Shown in pieces: positions 9,366 through 19,092 of a DNA stretch of 64,000 nucleotides. The notes below the pieces were generated by a model. The model saw nothing but the letters and a program-made list of their open reading frames with translations, ran no database searches and was not told where the DNA came from. This stretch comes from Nitrosopumilus sp. (lineage in GTDB: Archaea > Thermoproteota > Nitrososphaeria > Nitrososphaerales > Nitrosopumilaceae): NCBI GenBank assembly GCA_963662625.1, contig OY759726.1:1088001-1152000 (forward strand), written 5' to 3'. The first letter of the stretch is position 1; every line of letters begins with the position of its first letter. Made by a program: the position numbers and the translations under genes.

Positions 9366-12300
9366 ATGCCCTGGGCGGCAATACTTTTCGGCATCGCGCT
9401 AATCTCCGCGATCCCAGCAACCTCGCACGCCCTCCCGATGGGCGACATGCCCCCGGGCCCCGCCGGGGGATCCGGCTTTGAGTTTGACACCGGCATATTC
9501 GGGGCCGATCCAGGTTTCTTCGAGCCTGCCGGAATCAAGAGGTACGTGGTGTTCGGCGCGGGCGCGCCCGACCCGGCCCACGCCGAGGGCTCCCTGTTCG
9601 GGGCCAGGTCGGACAACGGGTTCTTCTACGTGGCCGCCCTCCCGGAGTCCGCGGTCCCGGGCCTGCTCTCCCGGGGGTACCACGTGGTGGAGGACTTTGA
9701 GCTTGACTTCCACCAGGCGCAGGGGCTGCCCGACGCGTCCCGGATCGGCCAGATCACGGGATCCGCAGCCGCCGGCGAAAAGTACGGCGCGACGGGGGCC
9801 GGCATAACCGTGGGCATCGTGGACACCGGCGTCGACTTTTCGAACCCGGACATAAGGCAGTCCCTTGCCCGGGACGATCTCAACCACCCCCTGATGCTGG
9901 ATCCCGACGGCCAGGGGATCGTGATCACGAACTCGACATTCTTCGCGTTCGTCGACAAGGACGGGATCATACGCAACTACAGCAGGCCGCTGCCGGATGG
10001 GTTTGCCTCCTCCGTGTACCAGAACCGGGACGGGGTATTCCTCGACATATCCCGCGGCGGGAAGGGGACCGAGATCCCTATCTACAACTCGTTCTTCCCG
10101 TACGTGGGCACGGCGCCCACGTTCAACGGGACGCTTTCGAGCGACATGAAGATCGGCGACAGCAACCGCGAGTACATCAGGTCAAAGAGCGGGGAATACC
10201 ACCTGGGGGTCATGTACCAGGGGGCCATGCAGGGGCCGTACGCCCGGGTGCAGGTGGTCCCGGTACTCGTGGTCGATCCCAACGCCCCGGGCGTCTACGA
10301 CACGGTGATCCCGGACATGAGCACCTCCTGGGAGGACTATACCCGGTTCGACCTGGAAAAGGGCCAGAGGCCGGACTATGACTTTGACTTTACCGACGAG
10401 CGCCCCGTGGTGCTGGGCAGCGGAAACGAGTTCCTGCTGTACGACTCCGACGGCGACGGCAGGGCGGACTACAGCGCGGGGACCGTGGGGGCCCGGGTGC
10501 TGGACGTGCACGGCGTGATCTCCAACAAGACCTCAGACGTCGACGACGTGCTGCGGGCGGTAAACGGCACGTTGCTGGACCCGCTCGACGCAGGCGGGGA
10601 CTTTTTCGGCGTAATGACCGACTTCCTGGGCCACGGGACGTCGAGCGCGGCGTCGATAGTGTCACGCGGGGAGCAGTCGTACGACATCTACAACAACACG
10701 GAGAGGCACGTCATACGCGGCGTGGCGCCCGACGCGAGGATCCTACCGGTGAAGGCACTGTGGTTTGGCGACACCATCTACGCGTGGCTGTGGGCCGCGG
10801 GCTTTGACAGCCAGGGTACCTCGTGGAGCTTTACCGGAAAGCCCCGTGCCGACATAATCTCCAACAGCTGGGGGGTGTCGAACTTTCCCACCCTGGGATC
10901 CGCGCCGGGAATGGACGTCCTGTCGCTGCTGTCGGCCGCGCTGTCGGTCCCCTCCTCGCTGGACGACGACTTTCCCGGGATGACCGTCGTCACCAGCGCG
11001 GGCAACTCCGGCCACGGCTACGGGACCATGGGAATGCCAAACTCGTCGCCGTTCGGCATCACCGTCGGGGCCACCACCAACAACGCCTTTGTAGGGTACG
11101 GCCCGTTTGCCGGGCAGCCCAGGTTCGGGAACTCCACGGCCCACCACGGTCACGTGGTCGACTTCTCGAGCAGGGGCCCGAGCATAATAGGCGACCCCAA
11201 GCCGGACCTGGTGAGCATCGGCGCGTACGGCTTCACCCCGGCAAACGTGCTGAGGACCGAGAAGGACTCCAAGGACGAGCCGTTCACGCTGTTTGGCGGG
11301 ACGAGCATGTCGGCGCCGCTCGTATCCGGCAGCGCCGCGGTGCTGATGGAGGGGATGCGCTCCCAGCAAAAGGACTACGACCCGTTCGCCATCAAGAACA
11401 TCCTGATGTCCACCGCCACGGACCTGAGCAACGACCCGTTCACCCAGGGCTCCGGCCTCTCGAACGTGGAGGCCGCGATGGACTTTGCCCACGGGCGGGA
11501 GGGGGCGTTCATCGTCCACAACGACGCCTCGTACGCCAACATAAGGAAGGTGCTGGAGCCGGCCATCGCGTCAGCAAACTACACCCGGATCGGGCTGGGG
11601 GAGTTCGGCTTCCCGCCGAGGCAGCTCCCAATGACCGGCTGGTTCGCGGGACACCTCTCCCCGGGACAGTACAGCTCCGCCACGTTTACCGTGGAAAACC
11701 CCACGGACGACCCCATCGAGGTGGCGGTCATGCCGCAGAGCCTCTCACTGATAAAACAGGACAGGCTTCCGGGCTCCACCGAGCCGAGGCAGCGGGACCT
11801 GGACGTAGACGAGCCGGGGGCCTTCGTGCCAAACTACGTCAGGCTCTCCGACATCATGCTGCACGGCAGCCTGGGCGATTTTTTCGGCAGGGGCGACCCC
11901 ATACCGCCGGAGGCCTCGCTGATGATCCTGAACGTGAACTTTGCGTTCAACGACTTCATGAACAAGACCGACGACACGTACGCAAACGACCTAGGGATCT
12001 CCTCCCTGTACCTCTACGACTGGGTGGACGGGGACGGCGACGGCTATGTTGCGGCAGGCGAGCTGTCCATGGTCAGCAGGGCCGGCTCGTGGGGGACGGT
12101 GCAGGAGCTCCGGGTAAGCGACCCGGCGCAGAGATTCGAAGGGACGCCGCTGGTCGGGGTATACCCCGTCCCCACGAGGTACTCCTACTGGCTTGGCGAC
12201 ACGGGGCAGAACTCCACGTCGATGGACTATACGCTGTCCGCGAGCTACTACCAGAAGGACCGGTGGCCAGTCCTCTGGCCCGAGACCGGATCCCTGGAGG

Positions 12301-13199
12301 TGCCGCCAAACGGCGCCGCCACGGTCGACGTGGACCTGGTCGTCCCGTCAGACTTTCAGACGGGCAACTACCAGGGGTTCCTGACGTTCGAGGGCGGGGA
12401 TCACACGGTAAACGCGCCAGTGTCCTTCGTGGTGACGCACCCCGTGGCAGAAGTCGGCGGCGTGGTCACGGTGCCGGGCAGGGGCTCGGGGGACGTCGTG
12501 TTTGCAAACGGGCAGATAAAGGGCGCATTTGACATGGTGGGCCGTTACATGGCAGGCGACTGGCGGCAGTATTACTTCGACATCGGCGACAGCTCAGTCG
12601 ACTCGGGCTCCATCGAGCTCTCCTGGCAGGACGCCGACACCAGCATGTCCGCATTCGTGATGGATCCGGCAGGCAAGATAGTCCAGACAAACGTCCCGGC
12701 TGGGGTCTTCGGCCATTTCCTTGGCTGGCCGTCAGTCGACTGGCTGGGCAATTCGCCGTTCAGTCAGGGCGGGGGATTCTTTCCCGTAAAGAACAAGAAC
12801 GACACGTCCACCGTACTCCTGGTGCCGGTAAACCAGACGGGGACGTACTCCGTACTGGCCCACTCCACGCTGTTTGGCGGAAACTCCACCACCGAGCCGC
12901 TGTCCCTGACCGCGAGGTTCTCCGGCATCGCGGCCGCCCCCGTGCCGGGCGGGGCAGGCTCCGCCCCGGACGCCCCCGCGCGGGAGGATGCCCCGGAGCG
13001 GGCGGCCTCCCCGGAGGACGCAGCCGCGCCGGACGCAGCCGCGCCGGACGCAGCCGCGCCGGATCGCGGCGCCCCGGGGCCCGAAGGCGCGCCAGACGAG
13101 TCCCCCGTCTTCAACTACGGGTTGGCGCTGGGGGTCGGCATCGGGGTGGCAATCGGGCTGCTCTCGGTGTTCATAGTGAGGCAGAAGGCGGCGGGTTAG
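9366..13199 (+). CDS. Membrane-anchored S8 (subtilisin/pyrolysin-like) serine protease
   Basis: Catalytic triad motifs VDTGVD, GHGTSSA and GGTSMSAP; oxyanion SAGNSG; large insert between Asp and His; signal peptide; Pro/Ala linker and C-terminal TM helix. Confidence 0.92.
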   Translation: MPWAAILFGIALISAIPATSHALPMGDMPPGPAGGSGFEFDTGIFGADPGFFEPAGIKRYVVFGAGAPDPAHAEGSLFGARSDNGFFYVAALPESAVPGLLSRGYHVVEDFELDFHQAQGLPDASRIGQITGSAAAGEKYGATGAGITVGIVDTGVDFSNPDIRQSLARDDLNHPLMLDPDGQGIVITNSTFFAFVDKDGIIRNYSRPLPDGFASSVYQNRDGVFLDISRGGKGTEIPIYNSFFPYVGTAPTFNGTLSSDMKIGDSNREYIRSKSGEYHLGVMYQGAMQGPYARVQVVPVLVVDPNAPGVYDTVIPDMSTSWEDYTRFDLEKGQRPDYDFDFTDERPVVLGSGNEFLLYDSDGDGRADYSAGTVGARVLDVHGVISNKTSDVDDVLRAVNGTLLDPLDAGGDFFGVMTDFLGHGTSSAASIVSRGEQSYDIYNNTERHVIRGVAPDARILPVKALWFGDTIYAWLWAAGFDSQGTSWSFTGKPRADIISNSWGVSNFPTLGSAPGMDVLSLLSAALSVPSSLDDDFPGMTVVTSAGNSGHGYGTMGMPNSSPFGITVGATTNNAFVGYGPFAGQPRFGNSTAHHGHVVDFSSRGPSIIGDPKPDLVSIGAYGFTPANVLRTEKDSKDEPFTLFGGTSMSAPLVSGSAAVLMEGMRSQQKDYDPFAIKNILMSTATDLSNDPFTQGSGLSNVEAAMDFAHGREGAFIVHNDASYANIRKVLEPAIASANYTRIGLGEFGFPPRQLPMTGWFAGHLSPGQYSSATFTVENPTDDPIEVAVMPQSLSLIKQDRLPGSTEPRQRDLDVDEPGAFVPNYVRLSDIMLHGSLGDFFGRGDPIPPEASLMILNVNFAFNDFMNKTDDTYANDLGISSLYLYDWVDGDGDGYVAAGELSMVSRAGSWGTVQELRVSDPAQRFEGTPLVGVYPVPTRYSYWLGDTGQNSTSMDYTLSASYYQKDRWPVLWPETGSLEVPPNGAATVDVDLVVPSDFQTGNYQGFLTFEGGDHTVNAPVSFVVTHPVAEVGGVVTVPGRGSGDVVFANGQIKGAFDMVGRYMAGDWRQYYFDIGDSSVDSGSIELSWQDADTSMSAFVMDPAGKIVQTNVPAGVFGHFLGWPSVDWLGNSPFSQGGGFFPVKNKNDTSTVLLVPVNQTGTYSVLAHSTLFGGNSTTEPLSLTARFSGIAAAPVPGGAGSAPDAPAREDAPERAASPEDAAAPDAAAPDAAAPDRGAPGPEGAPDESPVFNYGLALGVGIGVAIGLLSVFIVRQKAAG
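13015..13064 (+). repeat. In-frame 15-bp tandem repeat (GGACGCAGCCGCGCC x3) encoding DAAAP repeats in the protease linker
   Basis: Read directly from the sequence; the protein reads EDAAAPDAAAPDAAAPD. Confidence 0.8.
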
Positions 13200-13420
13200 C
13201 GGACGCGCTCACGCGCGGCAGGCCGTGCGGGCCCGGCGCGCGCCAGGCGGGGGTTGCGCGGCACCGCAAGCCGCGACTGCGGCAGGAGATCCGCGAAGCC
13301 GCCCGGTGCCGGGCCGCGCCCCTTGGCCCTGCCGGCTCATGCCCCAATGCCGCACTGGTGGTATCTTGTCCAAAATCTTAAACAAGGTTTATAAGCAATT
13401 TGGCGAGTACGTGAGCTTGA

Positions 13421-14026
13421 ATGTCGGAGCAGGGGAAGCAAAAGCCTGGAGGCCTGTCGCGAAGGGACTTTCTGAAGCTGATGGGGGCCGCGGGCACGGG
13501 ACTCGCGTTTGCGCCCTTTGTTCCGTTTGGAAACTTTATGCCCAACCCGACCCAGGCGTCGCTGGAAAAGGTCCCGGTGATCCTGCCTAACGGGTTGCAG
13601 GCAAACGTAAACACGTTCCCAGTCAACCACTCCGAGGTAATCACCTACCCCAGCACCGGGGACGCGGCGCTTGACGCCGAGGCGTTCAGGAAGTGGCAGT
13701 TCATCCGGCTTCCGGCGGAGCTCGGGGGGGAGGCAAAAGACATATCCGCGTTCCGGGGATTCAGCATGATCTGCCTGCACCTTTGGTGCCTGTGGAAGTA
13801 CTGGCCCGAGGATGGGCGAAAGAGGGGCGAGTGCCCGTGCCACGGGAGCATGTACGACCCCCGGACGGGCACGGCTTTCCAGGGGCCGGCATCCGTCCAG
13901 GCCGCGCCCTCAAACACCCTGCCGAAACTCGACTTCGAGGCGGATCCAGACGGCAAGGTGTGGATAATGCCGCCCAGGTGGGGGGTAAACGACAACGGAG
14001 TAGTTGGATATGGCCGTTTCGCTTGA
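13421..14026 (+). CDS. petC: Rieske [2Fe-2S] protein of complex III, Tat-exported
   Basis: Tat signal SRRDFLK; Rieske boxes CLHLWC and CPCHGS. Confidence 0.92.
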   Translation: MSEQGKQKPGGLSRRDFLKLMGAAGTGLAFAPFVPFGNFMPNPTQASLEKVPVILPNGLQANVNTFPVNHSEVITYPSTGDAALDAEAFRKWQFIRLPAELGGEAKDISAFRGFSMICLHLWCLWKYWPEDGRKRGECPCHGSMYDPRTGTAFQGPASVQAAPSNTLPKLDFEADPDGKVWIMPPRWGVNDNGVVGYGRFA

Positions 14027-15596
14027 GAGGAGGACCGGCGCGGTAGCGTTCTTCTACTGGCTGTGGAACGGGGTAGACCGGACGATCTTCACGGCAATCA
14101 AGTTCTCGTTCCCCGCAAGGTTCGTAAGCCCGTTCGGGTTCTTGGGGATGCTCACCTTCATCGTGTTCATCATACTGGGCGTGTCCGGCGCCCTGCTCAT
14201 GTTCTACTACCAGCCCATACTGGACCGGGCGTGGGACAGCGTCCAGTTCATCAACGACGAGGTCCCGTTCGGCTTCCACATAAGGAACATCCACTACCAC
14301 GGCTCGAACGCCATGGTGCTGCTCGCCGTGCTCCACATGTACTACCAGTACTTTAGCGGCAGGTACAAGATCAGAAACGAGGTCCTCTGGATGACCGGCG
14401 TCATACTGGGGGTGGTGACCATACTCGAGGCCTTTACGGGCTACGACGTGATATTCAGCGAGAGGGCGGAGCTTGCAATCAGCATCGCCGCGTCGCTGAC
14501 CACGTCGATACCCGTCGCCGGGCCGGTCATACGCGACGCCGCGCTTGGCAGCGGCTTTTCGGACTTTGTGCTGCGGTTCTATGCGCAGCACGTGTTCATC
14601 CTGCCCGTAGTGATGCTGGGGCTGATGGCCGTCCACTTCCCGAGGTTCCTCGTGTTCGACGTGCCGATGGTGATGGCCATAGGGGGGGCCATACTGATCA
14701 CCGGGGGGGTCTTCCCGATCGACCTGGGGTTCAAGTTCGAGCCCACGGTGCCGCCCGGAATCACGGTCCCGGAGTGGTACCTGACCGGGATCTACGCGTT
14801 CATGAGGACGCAGTACGACAAGTTTGTGACTGGGCTGCTGTGGCCGCTGATATTCATCATATCGTTCGTGCTGATACCGTTCATAGACAGGTACAAAAAG
14901 TTCTCTTGGAAGGACAGGCCGATAATCACCGCCTTCGGGATAACCAGCCTCGCCCAGATCATGGTTACCACCTACTGGGGGTTCTACATCTCGCCTGACG
15001 TGTCGATACCGCTCGTGGAGCGCCTGGTGATCGACCCGGTCTTCTTCTACTCGGTGATGATACTGCTGGTTCCGCTGGGATTTGGGTTCACCTACATGAT
15101 GATCAAGCTCGCGAAGGAGGCAGAGCGGAAGGCGAAGCTTGCCAAGGACAACGGCCCGAACAAGGTGGCCACGATCAACCTGTCCGAGAAGTGGATCAAC
15201 TGGGTGATAGTGGCCCTGCTCGCGTTCCAGGTCTTCCTGAACATAGCGGCATACAACGCGGCGCTGACCGGGATGAACAACATCTCGCTGTTCTTCGTGG
15301 GGCTGATACTGATAGTGTTCGGGGCGTTCTTCCACATATACCGGTACGGGCTCAACAAGGCAAACGAGGCACCGCCCCCGCCGCCCATGCAGGCCCTTGA
15401 GGAGAGGCCCAAGGAGCTCGCCGAGCCGGAGGCGTCCGAGGAGCCGGCCGCGCTGCCTGACGCAAGCGCGGCAAAGGAGGGCCAGAAGGAGGCGCCCCAG
15501 ATCCAGGCCACGTCGAAGGGCAGCCCAGGCAAGCCAAATGCCGGCCTCGGCAAGTCGGCCGACGCGGGCCCCGGCCCCGACGACCCCAAGCAGTAG
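14010..15596 (+). CDS. petB: Cytochrome b of the bc complex (cyt b and subunit IV fused) with a low-complexity C-terminal tail
   Basis: Heme-ligand His pairs (RNIHYH...LHMY; QHVF...VHFP), PEWY motif and multiple TM helices. An alternative TTG start lies at 14004. Confidence 0.92.
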   Translation: MAVSLERRTGAVAFFYWLWNGVDRTIFTAIKFSFPARFVSPFGFLGMLTFIVFIILGVSGALLMFYYQPILDRAWDSVQFINDEVPFGFHIRNIHYHGSNAMVLLAVLHMYYQYFSGRYKIRNEVLWMTGVILGVVTILEAFTGYDVIFSERAELAISIAASLTTSIPVAGPVIRDAALGSGFSDFVLRFYAQHVFILPVVMLGLMAVHFPRFLVFDVPMVMAIGGAILITGGVFPIDLGFKFEPTVPPGITVPEWYLTGIYAFMRTQYDKFVTGLLWPLIFIISFVLIPFIDRYKKFSWKDRPIITAFGITSLAQIMVTTYWGFYISPDVSIPLVERLVIDPVFFYSVMILLVPLGFGFTYMMIKLAKEAERKAKLAKDNGPNKVATINLSEKWINWVIVALLAFQVFLNIAAYNAALTGMNNISLFFVGLILIVFGAFFHIYRYGLNKANEAPPPPPMQALEERPKELAEPEASEEPAALPDASAAKEGQKEAPQIQATSKGSPGKPNAGLGKSADAGPGPDDPKQ

Positions 15597-15787
15597 GCTG
15601 CACCGTCCCGCGCCGCGGGGGGGCTGGCAAAGCCGGAGGCCAGGGCCCCGTGGATGTGGCACGGTTGCACCTTTTGATTCCACCCCATCTTTCCGACGCA
15701 GCCGTCTCGTCGGCACCTGGACGGCGCCACGGCGGACGGGAAAATCCTAAACAAGCTTTATAAGAACACCAGGCTCCAAGCAAAACA

Positions 15788-16255
15788 TTGAGTGCCTCGA
15801 CGACCAGCCACGCATACGGGGTAGGCATAATCGCGATGTTGATCGGGGTGTCTGTGGCAGTCATCTTCTACCAAGTGTACTACCTTCCAGAGTCACTGGC
15901 AAAGCCGTCAGTCGACGAGCACGTGCTGCATCCCACCGAGACCACGCACATCGAGATGATCCTCGGCTCTGACCAGCCCGATCAGGAGGACAACTACGTG
16001 CCCAAGCTCGTAAACCTGCAGCTGGGGGTGGACAACCGCGTGGTGTGGGAGAACAAGGACAACACCCCGCACACCGTCACCCCCGACGCCCACCGCCACG
16101 AGGACTCTTACAGCGGCGTCTTTGGCACCAGCGGCGTGATAATGCAAGGGGAAACGTACGAGTTCCTGTTCACGGAGCCCCAAGAGGTCCCCTACCACTG
16201 CCAGCCGCACCCCTGGATGAAGGGGACGATCATAGTCACCAAGCAGAGGTTCTAG
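15788..16255 (+). CDS. Membrane-anchored cupredoxin (plastocyanin-like blue copper protein), probable functional replacement for cytochrome c1
   Basis: N-terminal TM helix; type-1 Cu ligands in PHTVT and YHCQPHPWM; lies directly after petC/petB. Confidence 0.88.
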   Translation: MSASTTSHAYGVGIIAMLIGVSVAVIFYQVYYLPESLAKPSVDEHVLHPTETTHIEMILGSDQPDQEDNYVPKLVNLQLGVDNRVVWENKDNTPHTVTPDAHRHEDSYSGVFGTSGVIMQGETYEFLFTEPQEVPYHCQPHPWMKGTIIVTKQRF

Positions 16256-16602
16256 CCCGAGTACTCTGCGAATACCACCTGGCTGTCGATCTCCTTGTGC
16301 TGCTCGATGATCGACGCCCTGAACTTTACCTCGTGCGCCCGCTCCGGCTCGAACCCGATCGTGGCGGTAAACTCGGCCCTGTCCTCCGGCATGGCCTTCC
16401 TGTCTATGAACAGCCTGGCCACGTTCCTCGTGATGCCCTTCCCGTTGTATGACTTGTAGGTGACGTGCTCGTTAGAGTCCGCAATCTGGGTGCTGATCAC
16501 CACCCCGTCGTACCTTCCCGGGTAGGACACCCTGACGGTCCCCCTTATCTCCGAGCCGGGCAGGATCTTCTCAGGCTCCACGCTGAACTCTATGTCCTTC
16601 AC
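16252..16602 (-). CDS. Conserved hypothetical protein (beta-rich, ~116 aa)
   Basis: GTG start giving MKDIEFSVEPE..., genome-typical codon use, AT-rich promoter-like sequence upstream. The longer ORF-track start at 16701 looks spurious. Confidence 0.65.
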   Translation of the reverse strand: MKDIEFSVEPEKILPGSEIRGTVRVSYPGRYDGVVISTQIADSNEHVTYKSYNGKGITRNVARLFIDRKAMPEDRAEFTATIGFEPERAHEVKFRASIIEQHKEIDSQVVFAEYSG

Positions 16603-16798
16603 GACAACCCTCCGCCCCGCCGGATAAAAAATTTTGCCGGCGGGTATCCCAGCGGGTATCCCGGCGCACGGGGGCGTCCGGGGCAACGGTGCGCGTGGCA
16701 TAACCGCGGGCGGCAGCCGGGCCCCTGCCTGCAGGCGCAGGCGGCGCCCGGGGCCGCCGTGCCTGCCGGCCTGGCGCCGCCCCGGCCCTACTTAATGT

Positions 16799-16873
16799 TG
16801 GTGGACCGGGGGGGAATCGAACCCCCGACCCCCTCGTTGCGAACGAGGAATTATGCCACTAAACCACCGGCCC
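16799..16873 (-). tRNA. tRNA-Ala(CGC), CCA encoded, no intron
   Basis: GGGCCGG acceptor with G3:U70; anticodon arm CCTCG-TTCGCAA-CGAGG; T-loop GGTTCGATT. Confidence 0.93.
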
Positions 16874-17009
16874 ACGTACCCTCCCCGTGGGATCCACTTT
16901 TATTCATTTTCTCGGAGCCCCTGCGCCCCGGCGCACGGGCAGGAAGGGCCTCCACCCGACCCAGGGCCCGCCGCCCTCAACGCATAATAGATGCCGGGGG
17001 TGAAATTTT

Positions 17010-18422
17010 TTGATGACGTACGACGCCGTGGTCACGGGATCGCACATAGTCCTGCCCGAGGGCATCCTGGATAAAAACATCGTCATCGACGAGGGGAAGA
17101 TAGTCGGGTTCACCAGCGACGTCCCCCAGTGCGACCGCAGGATCTGCGGCGACGGCCTGGTGTCCGTCCCGGGTCCAATAGACACGCACGTCCACTACGG
17201 CGTGTACTCGCCGATCGACCAGGCCGCGAGGACGGAGTCGCACGCGGCCGCGATCGGCGGAATCACGACCATGATGCGGATGCTCCGGCTGGGCCCCCCC
17301 TTCACCGAGTCCCTCGACGAGCAGCTGGACGCGTCGTCGGGCTCCCACCACGTGGACTATACGGCGCACGCGTCGGTCTTCACCGGCCGGCAGGTCGAGG
17401 AGATGGGCTACTGCGTCGAGAGGGGGATCACGTCCTTCAAGATCTACATGAACCTCGGGGGAGATCTGGGGCACGTCTACATGGACATGCCCCCGCATTC
17501 CTCGGAACTGGCGGCCGCAAGCGTCGACGTCAACGACGCCCTCGTCGAGCAGACCGTGAGGAAGGCAGCATCCCTGGGGTGTCCCGTCCTAGTGCACGCC
17601 GAGGACCACGAGTCGTGCGCGTGTGGGATGAGGACCGCCAGGGAAAAAAACCAGGACGGGCTGCCCGCGTGGTCTGCCAGCCGCAGCCCCGAATACGAGG
17701 CCAAGGCCATCAGGACCGTGTGCAAGTTCGGCCGAGACTACGGCTGCGCGATATACCTGGTGCACATCGGGTCGCGGGCTGCACTCGAGCAGGCCGCGAC
17801 GGAGAGGCGGCTCGGCACGAGGGTCTTCGTCGAGACATGCCCCCACTACCTCTCCCTGTCACACGACACTCAGGACGGCCACCTGGCGAAAGTCATGCCG
17901 CCCATCAGGACCAGGCGGGACAACGAGGCGGTGTGGGACGCCCTCCGAAGGGACGTGGTCGACACGGTGGGTACGGATCACGTGGCGAACCGGCTCGAGA
18001 TGAAGCTCGGGGACGGCGACGTCTGGAGCGCCCTGGCCGGGTTTCCGGGGATAGGGACGGCGGTCCCGATCCTGCTGAGCGAGGGGGTCAACAGGGGCAG
18101 GATCTCGCTGGAGCAGTTTGTCCGGGTTTCCAGCCTCAACGCGGCGCGGATATTCGGGATGTATCCGAAAAAAGGGGCGCTCGCGAGGGGCTCCGACGCA
18201 GACATCGCGCTGCTCGACCTGAAACTCCGGCGGAAGGCGACCCCGGAGCTGTTCGGGGGCTTCTCCGATTACCTGGTCTACGGGGGCATGGACCTTACCG
18301 GCTGGCCCGTCAAGACGGTGGTCCGCGGCATGCTGGTGTCCGAGGACTTTGAGGTCGTCGGCAAGCCGGGCCACGGAATGCTGGTGGCGCGTCCCGCGCC
18401 TAGCGGCCAGCCGGCCGCCTGA
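17010..18422 (+). CDS. Cyclic amidohydrolase (dihydroorotase/dihydropyrimidinase/allantoinase family)
   Basis: PGPIDTHVH metal motif, SFKIY carboxy-Lys, VHAE, ETCPHYL, GTDH, GSDADI. Confidence 0.88.
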   Translation: MMTYDAVVTGSHIVLPEGILDKNIVIDEGKIVGFTSDVPQCDRRICGDGLVSVPGPIDTHVHYGVYSPIDQAARTESHAAAIGGITTMMRMLRLGPPFTESLDEQLDASSGSHHVDYTAHASVFTGRQVEEMGYCVERGITSFKIYMNLGGDLGHVYMDMPPHSSELAAASVDVNDALVEQTVRKAASLGCPVLVHAEDHESCACGMRTAREKNQDGLPAWSASRSPEYEAKAIRTVCKFGRDYGCAIYLVHIGSRAALEQAATERRLGTRVFVETCPHYLSLSHDTQDGHLAKVMPPIRTRRDNEAVWDALRRDVVDTVGTDHVANRLEMKLGDGDVWSALAGFPGIGTAVPILLSEGVNRGRISLEQFVRVSSLNAARIFGMYPKKGALARGSDADIALLDLKLRRKATPELFGGFSDYLVYGGMDLTGWPVKTVVRGMLVSEDFEVVGKPGHGMLVARPAPSGQPAA

Positions 18423-19092
18423 CGACGTCGAACTTCCCGCCGGCCCTTGCCTTGTACGCGATGTCGGGCCTCCTCAGGAATATCCCGGACTCCATGACGC
18501 CCGAGACCGCCATGATCCTCCGCGTGAGGGCCCCCGGGTCCCTTACCGTCCCAAAGTCGCAGTCCAGTATGACGTTGCCGTTCTCCGTGAAGAACGGGTA
18601 CCCCCTGTCAAGCAGGCGCAGCGAGGGCCTGCCCCCCATCCCCCCGACCGCGTCTGCTGCCAGGCGCCTCGCCTGCGGGTGGACCTCGACCGGGACGGCC
18701 TTCGTGAGGTTCCGCGCGAATTTCGTCTCGTCTGCCAGGACCACCACCTTTCTTGCCAGGCTGAACATGATGCTCTCCCGCAGGAGCGCCCCCCCGCCGC
18801 CCTTTATGACGTAGTTCCTAGAATCCACCTGGTCGGCGCCGTCGAACATCACGTCGATGTGCCCCACCTGGTCTGCCCCGACGGTGGCGATCCCGTGCCT
18901 CTCTGCGACCATCTTGATCTGCAGCGACGTGGGCACCCCGGTGACCTCGTAATTCTTCACGCTTGCAAGCCTCGCCAGCGACTCCACCAGGACGGCCGCC
19001 GCCCTTCCGCTCCCGAGCCCGACGACGTCCCTGTCCCTTACCATCTTCAGGGCATCAGAGGCGGACGCCCTCAGGGCACCGTCGTATGCCAC
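18400..19092 (-). CDS. rpiA: Ribose-5-phosphate isomerase A
   Basis: GLGSG, DGADQVD, IKGGGGALLRE and TENGNVILD motifs. Confidence 0.95.
   Translation of the reverse strand: MAYDGALRASASDALKMVRDRDVVGLGSGRAAAVLVESLARLASVKNYEVTGVPTSLQIKMVAERHGIATVGADQVGHIDVMFDGADQVDSRNYVIKGGGGALLRESIMFSLARKVVVLADETKFARNLTKAVPVEVHPQARRLAADAVGGMGGRPSLRLLDRGYPFFTENGNVILDCDFGTVRDPGALTRRIMAVSGVMESGIFLRRPDIAYKARAGGKFDVVRRPAGR

Noticed and set aside
10823-12532. Long alternative-frame and antisense ORFs (e.g. 10823-12532, 13761-15716, 29082-30869, 34049-35782, 57064-58635, 60548-61942)
   Set aside because: These are Arg/Gly/Pro-rich shadow ORFs expected in high-GC DNA. They overlap well-supported genes and carry no recognisable motifs.
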